Shown: positions 1 to 10,200 of the stretch, piece after piece | Layout of the letters: each line of letters starts with the position of its first letter | Numbering within the stretch: the stretch's first letter is position 1 | Origin: Bilabrum cf. latius | Lineage: Eukaryota | Length of the DNA: 64,000 bases | Assembly: GCA_965178125.1 (NCBI GenBank) | Contig: OZ237748.1 | Location: 558,001 to 622,000 of the forward strand | Direction: 5' to 3' | The notes under the pieces: model-generated | The model's input: only the letters and a program-made list of their open reading frames with translations | What the model was told of the DNA's origin: nothing | Databases searched by the model: none | Program-made: the position numbers and the translations under genes

Positions 1-2230
1 TTGCTCGTGGCAGCGACGTCCCTGGTGTGCTTCGCCTCCTGCTCGCGGCCGCCATCGGTCATTCTGATTGGACATGGTCGCACTTGCCCGAGCTGCTCCT
101 TGCCCATGAATGGGCTTTAAATATGCAGTTGCTCGTGGCAGCGACGTCCCTGGTGTGCTTCGCCTCCTGCTCGCGGCCGCCATCGGTCATTCTGATTGGA
201 CATGGTCGCACTTGCCCGAGCTGCTCCTTGGCCATGAATGGGCTTTAAATATGCAGTTGCTCGTGGCAGCGACGTCCCTGGTGTGCTTCGCCTCCTGCTC
301 GCGGCCGCCATCGGTCATTCTGATTGGACATGGTCGCACTTGCCCGAGCTGCTCCTTGCCCATGAATGGGCTTTAAATATGCAGTTGCTCGTGGCAGCGA
401 CGTCCCTGGTGTGCTTCGCCTCCTGCTCGCTGCCGCCATCGGTCATTCTGATTGGACATGGTCGCACTTGCCCGAGCTGCTCCTTGTCCATAATGGGCTT
501 CGGATATGCAGTTGCTCGTAGCAGCGACGTCCCTGGTGTGCTTCGGCACTTGCTCGCGGCCACCATTGCGTAGTTGGCTTGAACATAGTCGCATCTGCCC
601 GAGCTGCTCGCTGCCCACGTCTGGGCTTCGGATATACAGTGTCTTATGACTGCGACGTTCGTGGTGTGCTTCGGCACTTGCTCTGGGCCGCCCTCTGTGA
701 GTTGGCCCGGTCGTGCTCGCACTTGCTCGAGCGGCTCCCTGCCCGCATATGGGCTACGGATAAGTAGTTGTTTGTGGCAGCGATGTCCGTGGTGTGCTTA
801 ACCGCTTCCTCTTGTCCGACATCGCTCAATTGGCCTGGGCATGATCGCATTTGACCAAGCTGATTCCTGCCCACGTAAGGGCTTCGGATATACAGTTGCT
901 CGTGGCAGCGCCTTTCGTGGTATGCTTATCCACTTGCTCTTGGCCGCCATCACTCAGTTGGCCTGGACATGGTCGCAATAGCCCGAGCTGCTCCCGGCCC
1001 ACGTAAGGGCTTCGAAAATACAGTTGCTCGTGGCAGCGCCTTTCGTGGTGTGCTTATCCACTTGCTCTTGGCCGTCATGGCTCAATTAGCTTGGGCATGA
1101 TCGCATCTGCCCGAGCTGAATCCTGCCCACGTAAGGGCTTCGGATTTGCAGTTGATCGCGGCAGCGCCGTCCGTGGTGTGCTTCGGCACTTGCTCTGGGC
1201 TGCCATAGCTCAGTTGGCCTGAACATTGTCGCATCTGCCCAAGCTGCTCCCTGCCCACGTCTGGGCTTCGGATATACAGTGTCTTGTGGCAGCGATGTCC
1301 GTGGTGTGCTTAACCGCTTCCTCTTGTCCGGCATCGCTCAATTGGCCTGGGCATGATCGCATTTGACCAAGCTGATTCCTGTCTACGTAAGGGCTTCAGA
1401 GATGCATTTACTCGTGGCAGCGCCTTTCGTGGTGTGCTTCGGCACTTGCTCTTGGCCGCCATGGCTCAGTTGGCCTGGACATGGTCGCATTAGCCCGAGC
1501 TGCTCCCGGCCCACGTAAGGGCTTCGGATATACAGTTGCTCGTGGCAGCGCCTTTCGTGGTGTGCTTATCCACTTGCTCTTGGCCGTCATGGCTCAATTA
1601 GCTTGGGCATGATCGCATCTGCCCGAGCTGCATCCTGCCCACGTAAGGGCTTCGGATATGCAGTTGCTCGTAGCAGCGCCGTCAGTGGTGTGCTTCGGCT
1701 TTTGGTCTGGGCTGCCATAGCTCAGTTGGCCTGAACATTGTCGCATCTGCCCGAGCTGCTCCCTGCCCACGTTTGGGCTTCGGCAATACAGTTGCTCGTG
1801 GCAGCGATGTTCGTGGTGTGCTTCGGCACTTGCTCTGGGCCGCCCTCTGTGAGTTGGCCCGGTCGTGCTCGCACTTGCTCGAGCTGCTCCCTGCCCGCAT
1901 ATGGGCTACGGATAAGTAGTTGTTTGTGGCAGCGATGTCCGTGGTGTGCTTAACCGCTTCCTCTTGTCCGGCATCGCTCAATTGGCCTGGGCATGATCGC
2001 ATTTGACCAAGCTGATTCCTGCCCACGTAAGGGCTTCGGATATACAGTTGCTCGTGGCAGCGCCTTTCGTGGTATGCTTATCCACTTGCTCTTGGCCGCC
2101 ATGGTTCAATTAGCTTGGGCATGATCGCATCTGCCCGAGCTGAATCCTGCCCACGTAAGGGCTTCGGATATGCAGTTGATCGCGGCAGCGCCGTCCGTGG
2201 TGTGCTTCGCCACTTACGCGGGGCCACCAT
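1..2230. repeat. ~128-bp tandem repeat array (~17 units; runs off the left edge)
   Basis: The motif cagttgctcgtggcagcg recurs every 128-129 bp. The first ~4 units are near-identical. Later units are diverged variants re-used at multiples of the period (e.g. ctctgggccgccctctgtgag at ~681 and ~1833, 9x128 apart). Confidence 0.95.
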
Positions 2231-2349
2231 CGTGTTGTTGGCCCTGGCATTGTGGCATTGGCCAAGATCTGCAATTGGCGTTGACCATCTGGTCTTTGTT
2301 ATTATGGGAGTTTTGTTGGTTAGTGTCTATAGTTTAATGGACATTTCGT

Positions 2350-3635
2350 AGTGATACAGGTTTTGCAATAGTCTATGCCATCCTAGACGATTGTGGGAGA
2401 TTCATATTGGGAGTTTGAATGAGAAGTTCTTCTAGGTTTGAGTGCAATCGTTTTGGGAGTTTGAATGCAATCGTTTTGGATGGAGGGAAGAAGTAGCATT
2501 TCGGAATACAGCTTGGGATTTCGTGACACAACTTTGCATCGGTTTACCTACCAATGCATTGAGTGGCCGTGCACAGCACTGGGAGTTCACTTTGATACCT
2601 GGCCATACACACGCTTTCGACGTGGCATTACATACGGCAAAGGGCAATACCACGTCAGTGCAATACCCCGCATGTGGGTAACGGCGGGGCAAGCACTGAC
2701 TGGCAGTGAATCGATACAGGGCTGTTGCTCCGCGCTATTAGCGGTTGTAACCGCTTCGCCAAGACAATCCAAGTCTTGGCAGAGCCGTGAGGCATGGTGA
2801 CTCGGCAGCCCATACCAGGGCTGCCCGACCACTAGCACATGACCTGGAGATAGAGCCAGGTCGGTCACTAGACACACGCGTGTCTACAAAGGTGGCAATA
2901 CGCCACCGCCCTGAGAGCCAAGCATCGTAGCGAGGACTGTAGACCAAGACGAAACAATCTCGCAGTGATAGATCCCGTCAGTTGTGTGCCGTAGGTACGG
3001 AGGCACGTTACGAAGTGATTTAGATCGGAGAGATTGTGTAGTATTGGTCGCAAGTCCGAGCGCAGATGTGAGGCTCTCACTTGTTCGGAATTTCGGTGGC
3101 ACCTGTGTTCTACAGCTGTGCCCCGATATTCTCAGTAATAATTGTCATTATGTGGCAATACACACTGGGAAGACAGGCAGGGGCAACTCCAGAGGAGGTG
3201 ATTCCCACTGCTTGTTGTTTTGAACCCACCCACCATCCCCGCAGTTACTACCACTGCCGCGCTACTTCAGCAGTGCCTACTATCGCATCCCATCGCCAGT
3301 CTTTTCATTCGTAACTCATCACATTTTACCCGCCCACCTTCCCCCTTGGGCAAGCACTGACTGGCAGTGAATCGATACAGGGCTGTTGCTCCGCGCTATT
3401 AGCGGTTGTAACCGCTTCGCCAAGACAATCCAAGTCTTGGCAGAGCCGTGAGGCATGGTGACTCGGCAGCCCATACCAGGGCTGCCCGACCACTAGCACA
3501 TGACCTGGAGATAGAGCCAGGTCGGTCACTAGACACACGCGTGTCTACAAAGGTGGCAATACGCCACCGCCCTGAGAGCCAAGCATCGTAGCGAGGACTG
3601 TAGACCAAGACGAAACAATCTCGCAGTGATAGATC
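2350..3635 (+). mobile_element. 3' end of an Ngaro-like tyrosine-recombinase retroelement: 3' region + B1 (2689-2974) - A2 (2975-3225) - spacer - B2 (3349-3635)
   Basis: Reverse-complement match to 35630-36900, which adjoins a tyrosine recombinase ORF. The two B copies of ~287 bp are near-identical. The left boundary is approximate. Confidence 0.85.
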
Positions 3636-3723
3636 CCAGGCTCTTCACTCTCCTCCGGCCTACTCTGCCTTGCACTGGAAATTGCCATCCAGTTTATCGC
3701 GCAGGAAAACCACTCGGCCCTGA

Positions 3724-6372
3724 TCACCGCCACCGCGGACGAAAGTCTATATATATGTCACTGTCTCTCCGTCTGCGTCTGCGTCTGCCTCTGCCTCTGC
3801 CTCTGCCTCGGCTTCGGTCTCCTTTGATCGTACCCTGAAGTGCTGCAGCCTTTCCCTCGCCATGCCCCGTTCCCTCTGGATGAGAATCCCCCCATGGCCC
3901 CGCCTCCTGTAATATCCTCACGCATTCTTCATGGCCTCCTAGTCGAGCAGCTTCCAATGGTCCAACGATGCGAGTGCTGCCGTCCTTGAGCTCAACACTA
4001 CCCTTGATCTCGAGCCCACCAGCTAGTTTGCCTAGCCTTAGTCGCTTCTCCAGCTCCATTGGCCTTCCCTCACTTGCCGCCCGGAACACTATCGATGCAT
4101 CCCGCTTGGCTTCCACTGCCCTCCTCCACTTAACCAGGGGGCGTCGGGCTCGCATGTGCTCGAATGACCGGATGGCCGCGGCGGTCTCTGTTTTATTTTC
4201 AGAAAAAGCTCTCTATACTGGGGTTTGGCCCTTCTGCAGATCGAAATGTAGACTGATTTATGATTGGGCTTGGGTTGCAAGTAGGGTGCTGCCGATGCTC
4301 TGTTAGCGGTTGTAACCGCTTTGCCAAGACAATCCAAGTCTTGGCAGAGCCGGGAGGCATGGTGACTTGGCAGCCCATACCAGGGCTGCCCGACCACTAG
4401 CACATGACCTGGAGATAGAGCCAGGTCGGTCACTAGACCACCACGCGTGTCGACAAAGGTGGCAATACGCCACCGCCCTGAGAGCCAAGCATCGTAGCGA
4501 GGACTGTAGACCAAGACGAAACAATATCGCAGTAATAGATCCTCTGTGCTAGTATCTATTGAAAGTGTTTTTCTTGCTTACATTGTTCTGGATGTCCCGA
4601 GTGGCACCAGCCTCCATAAGAATCATGGCGCAGGTGGTGCGGCCCCAATACGCTGCTCGATGGAGCGGGGTGTCTCCATTCTGCGGCAAACACGGGGTAA
4701 TGATAGAGGATCGTTTTAAACAAAATGGCATGGGTCAACGATGTGATGGCTAGCCCAGTGGCCTCAGACACAATCTACGCATCCATATCAGCTTCAGTTG
4801 CCGAGATAAGCCGAGTGACTCGAATCAAAGTACCTGCCGAGCGGCTGGAACGCTGAGCAGTCTCACTCTATCCCTACGATTTACATCTACCCCATATTCC
4901 ACCAAGACTCGCAGGCAAGCCTCTTTGCCATATTCCGCAGCCTAGTGGACGGACGTGGATCCAGTCTGACTTGAGGGAGAGGCGAGGATAAGGGTAAGAG
5001 AGGTGCTTAGGACATGGTAGTGGGGCATCCGGGATACGGGAGCAAGGAAAAATGCGGGTCACAAAGCAACCCTGCTGAAACGTGGGCTCGCGATTTCTTA
5101 TACACGGCAATCTATATAAACTATTTATCGGTGTTGATTATCGCTCAGAGTGATCCTAGGCAATGTCAGACACTCTTCGCGACAGTCGACTAACCGGAAC
5201 AAGGAGCAGGCCCTCGTAAATCCTGCTATGCTGGCTCTTTGCGCACGATGTACACACATATCATTCGCACCCACGAAACGAGCCACGATACGACCATCTG
5301 CCGGCGTCCGAGACGTGAAGCACACCTCACTCCGATGCATCGCTCTTCCATGCGCATGCACTTGATACTAGCAAGCGGCACCCGCATCCACATTTTTACA
5401 TGATATTTCTCACATTATTTTCCCAATCCGCATCACCACCAGCTCTCATCAACACTCTCAGACAGGCTTGTTGGCCTGTCTTGACAGCGAAATGGATGGG
5501 TGTGGATTCCGACTACGTTATATGGAGTGAAGGGTCTTAATGAGGTTGTGAAGGTGGGGCATGGCAGAGATTACATCCATACACGATTTATCTCGACTGA
5601 ACAATAGCCTAGTGGCTAGAAACTAGGCGCTTCGCTTCGTGGGTCAACAGCCCGCGAATCGAATCCAGGCAAAATGACGGGCACTACCGGTGGCGCAGAA
5701 TGCACACAAGTGCTGACGATCATACTACTACCACTATTGAATCTGCCATGTAGCTTCCAGCCAACAGCGAGCTACCGTCCCCAATTCCGAGAAGCCGAAT
5801 TTCCCCGAAGGCCATGTGCCATTCCCTCACATTGTTTACCGCGTTCATGTCTGCACCTTTCTGCATCAGCAGTGCAAGACAGTTCTCCTTACCATGTAAT
5901 GCAGCTTCATGTGCAGCCGTATCTCCACTCTGTGGCACACGGAGCCAGAAATACAAATCAAGTACCTCAACGGAGGCATGATCCGGATGGAAGCACGGCG
6001 CCAGCGCAAGTTTTACTCATGGACTTGAAGGCGTGCTTGATTGCATGCACCACAACGCCCACCAAATACCGAAACTGAAACATCGATAAGCTGTTTATAC
6101 CATTACATGTTTCTCACCCAATCCTTTGAGTTGACGTTGGTCCCCGTATCCATGTAGTCTCTAAGTTTATCAGTCTGACCGTCTCTTGCTGAGGCAATTA
6201 GTGCCTATCCCCTGCGAAATATATTTGGTATGTACGCAAGTTGCATTGACCAAGGATTAGCTGTTGTAATGCATTTTGGAACGCTTGCATAGTTCTGAAC
6301 TTTTCCTGTCTCTCCGATGTTGCAACATTCAAGCAAACTGTTGATTTTCGAATGAAAACTATGACCTTACAT
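3724..6372 (-). CDS. Ankyrin-repeat array gene 1 (divergent member); exons 6371-6372, 6118-6211, 5831-5929, 5414-5512, 4867-4965, 4582-4680, 3724-4233
   Basis: Four 99-nt GT-AG-bounded exons each encode one ANK repeat (e.g. SGDTAAHEAALHGKENCLALLMQKGADMNAVNN, NGDTPLHRAAYWGRTTCAMILMEAGATRDIQNN). The terminal exon carries the WRRAVEAKRDA domain and ends at TGA. Intact only if 3 in-frame TAG are read as sense. Confidence 0.85.
4303..4541 (+). mobile_element. Solo, partial B repeat of the Ngaro-like element in the last intron of gene 1
   Basis: High similarity to 2738-2974; ends at the same terminus (...atagatc). Confidence 0.85.
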
Positions 6373-6968
6373 GACTTAATTTTTTATTGAAGTGCAGTTT
6401 TGCTTATTCAAGGTGGCCTACGAGGGCCTCTTCTGATAGGCATCCCATTGCATCTTCGATAAAGGTTGCAACCGATAAATCAAGAAGAAGAAGATTTAAA
6501 CAGATAAATCACAGAAGCATCAGATCCGTTGGACGACGATCTACGAGCCAGCAGGATGAGGAAGGTGCTGAAGCTGGTGAGTGGAAACGGCCGAGGGCAA
6601 CATAGCGAAGGCGGTCATTACACCTACCATGTGTCATCACTCCCCGAACCTCCTCACCGCCTCCACAAGCTCCCCGCAGTCCTTGGCCATGCAAGCCGCA
6701 AAACCATCCGACAGTTCTTCCGAGAACCGTCTTCGGCGATGTTCGAGTCCATTGGTTCACCAATTGGGCTTTGAATTAGGCCTGGTCGATGGGCCGTTCC
6801 GACTGCCGGTGGCCATCGCGCAGCCGGATATACAGCGGGCTGTCTGCCGAGCTGCCCCGCGCTCACCCACCGGACAGCGATTTCTGCGGCCCGGCCGCCG
6901 TCTCGAACAGCGAGGCAGGCACCCAGCTCCTGTCCCTGGGCCCATCCCACGGGAGGCACCAAGACAGG

Positions 6969-7028
6969 CCTGCACCTGCACCTGCACCTGCACCTGCACC
7001 TGCACCTGCACCTGCACCTGCACCTGCA
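6969..7028. repeat. (CCTGCA)n microsatellite
   Basis: About 10 perfect hexamer units. Confidence 0.95.
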
Positions 7029-7286
7029 GACTCATCGGGCCCTAGATCGTCTGCCCCCGCCCCGCTGGCCGGCCCTGTGCCCGCCTCCCCACGGGCCCCT
7101 CCCCGCTCCTGCCCCGCCCCTGCCTCCGCCTCGAGGGCAGCCCGGTGACCCACAAGCGCGGCCCGCGACAGAGAGGCCCGCCGGTGCTCGGCCTCGCACA
7201 GCCGCAGCCGCTGCTCCCGCACCCGCGCCTCCATCACGTCCACGGACCCGCTCCCTGCTGGATCCTTCTCTTCACTAGTCTAGTCC

Positions 7287-10200
7287 TCATCCCTAGGCCT
7301 CCTGCAGCAGCTTCACGCAATCGTCGTGCCCACCCAGCCTGGCTGCCTCCAGTGGAAGCACCAGCCTAGAAGTCCCATCATCAATCATCGTTTTACCCCT
7401 GATATCTAACCCGCCGGCCAGCTTGCCCAGCCTCAGCCTCCTGGCCAGCTCTAAAGGCCGCCCCTCACTCGCCGCCTGGAACACCATCGATGCGTCCCTC
7501 TTGGCCTCCACTGCCCGCCTCCAGCACAGGCATTTTCGAATTGTAGAGGGGATGAACAGCCGGATGGCGGCAGCAGTATCAGTCTTGCGCCAATGGTGTG
7601 CGTGTTCGGCGGGTGTCTTGCCACTCTGCTCGATCAAAGGAAGCGATGGAGAGACGAGGGGTCACGGTGTCGGGGATGCACGGGGGGTGGATTCGTGCTT
7701 GGGAGTCTCCTTCAATTCATCTGGCAGCATGATGGACATTTGCAAATCAAGAGCTGATGCAGCTGTGGAAGCTCACGATATTCTTGATGTCCCTGCGGGC
7801 CCCTGCCTCCATTAGAATGGTGGCGAAGGCGGTCTTGCCATTATACGCAGCCAAGTGAAGGGGGGTGTTTCCATTCTGCGGTTGAATCGGAGGGTTCTGA
7901 AAGGTCATGAGCCAACATGGATTTCTCGGGCAATTGCCTGGCCAATCAATCGATTTTTCAGAGCTTGACTCCATGCAGCACATATTCCACCGATGTGCTC
8001 GGCATTGTGCGGCAGCTGTCCGGAAGCGAGCCGACGACCGAGAGGTAGCGCCAGGTGCACTGCGAAACCACCACTAACGGCAATTTAAGCAAACCAAGTG
8101 CTTCCGTACAACATCTAAAAACACATATATTGCTTTGAATCCATTGCGGCTCCAGACCAGGCAGTGCCGATTAAGATGGGCTACTTCCACAGAGTTCAGG
8201 TGCTGTGCTGGAACGACTGCAGGATACTTTTCAATCAGCATCAGATCTGATCAGCATCCGATTGCGCTATCAGCAAGCTCAACGCATACCAAGTATTTCG
8301 ATACAGGATCCACATCCAAACAAACCAAACAGATTGATTTGCCTTGAAAAGCAGCCCAAAATACCGATCTTGGGTGATCCGATGCCAGTGAAGCTTCGCC
8401 AGAACGAATCGGACAGGGCGGTTCAGACACACAGTGCAAGGCCCGTCAAGCATCAAACGCAACATCAACCTGACCTAGTCAAGTTCGGTTTATCGGAAAT
8501 ACCGTACAACAAATCCAAATCATGCAGCAGACATCGCTTCATAGCCCAACACACTCTCATGGACGCCCACTGGTCTCGCGAGGAATTTAAGCAGGAAGAT
8601 CTTCTCGGCTGAATATGTTCCCCGGCTTACCGGGCACGGTCAGCTGTTCGTTCGCGAACGTTCAGCTGATACTCCCTTAGGCAAGCACTGACTGGCAGTG
8701 AATCGATACAAGGCCGTTGCTTTGCGCGGTTAGCGGTTGTAACCGTTTCGCCAAGACAATCCAAGTCTTGGCAGAGCCGTGAGGCATGCTGACTCGGCAG
8801 CCTATAACAACGCTGCCCGACCACTAGCAAATGACCTGGAGATAGAGCCAGGTCGGTCACTAGACACACGCGCGTCAACATAGGTGGCAATACGCCACCG
8901 CCCTGAGAGCCAAGCATCGTAGCGAGGACTGTAGACCAAAACGAAACAATCTCGCAGTGATAGATTCCCGGCCTCCAACAATATGCCTAGAGGACGAACT
9001 ACACTATGATGACAACAATCAGCCCCGCTAGCTGAGCCAACCGCTCTCAGCTTGAGAATCGAATGGACCATCCACCACCAGCCAAGGCTTAGCCAGGCGA
9101 GCGCAGTTGCTTCCTTCCAGAACCGGCCAATCCAGCATTGCACGACTTGACAATACAAATCATCTACAATATCATACAAAACCCCTATTTTGGTCGTTTC
9201 AGGGCGACCAATAGCTCCCAAACGGCGATACGCTGGGACCATTCGGATCCGGAGTCGAATTCGATCGCAGAAAATCACGCCCATGGAACCAAACCATGAG
9301 AGCACAGCATGCCTATAGCGTGAGATACACTCACACGCGTCCAGCCCCAATTCGCCAACGTAGCAAAAACACCGCGAAGGGACCTGCCAGCGGGTCTCGG
9401 ACCCGGGAGGGGGCAATCCCAAGCGGAACAGACACACCCACTTATCCAACATTCAAACACAGACACCCAAGACCAACCTCTCCCTCAGCATATTTCTCTC
9501 TCTCACCTTATCCACCGCATTCACGTCCCCCCCATTTTCAGTCAACATCCGCAGACAATCCTTCCTCCCATTCGCGGATGCCACATGAGCGGGTGTTTCG
9601 CCATACTGCGGTGGGGGGATGGGAGACAGGGGGTTTGGGGGGAGCAGGGAGTGTGCTTGGGGTGGGTGTGGCTGTGGATGTGTGTGGACATGGGGCTGGT
9701 GTTGGTGCTGGGGAGTTTCAGGGGGTAAATCACTTCGTAACGTGCCTCCGTACCTACGGCACACAACTGACGGGGACGGACCGGAGGGAGTCGCTCTGGG
9801 CCCTAGGGGCGCAGTACCCGGGTCGATTCCCGCTCGAGAGACAAGATTACCAAAACCGAAATCCATCCAAACATACAACAATCATCCTACCAAGCAATTT
9901 CACCGCGACATGAACCGGTCCCGGTCTCAAAATTCTCATGTCGACCGAGATAGCCGAGGGGGCCTCTGGGGGGACGGTCGGCGGCCGACTCGCCGGCTTT
10001 GCAGGTCATTGATCACAATCCAAGCACGCTACATGCATTGGTGCTATACCAGATACATATACATTGCATTGAAACCATTGCTGCTCAAGACTAGCCAGGG
10101 CCGATTGAGACGGGCTGCTGCCACAGAGTTCAGGAGCAATGCTGGTATGCATGCAGGATACTATACACACAGCATCCAGTTGCGCTGCACATCAGGGAAA

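Noticed and set aside
1-2230. CRISPR-like array or repeat-protein gene
   Set aside because: There are no unique spacers, and the 128-bp period is not a multiple of 3, so ORFs shift frame every unit.
3081-3120. RT motif-like LFGISVAPVFY in the A repeat
   Set aside because: It is preceded by an in-frame TGA and not followed by a YxDD motif; probably chance.
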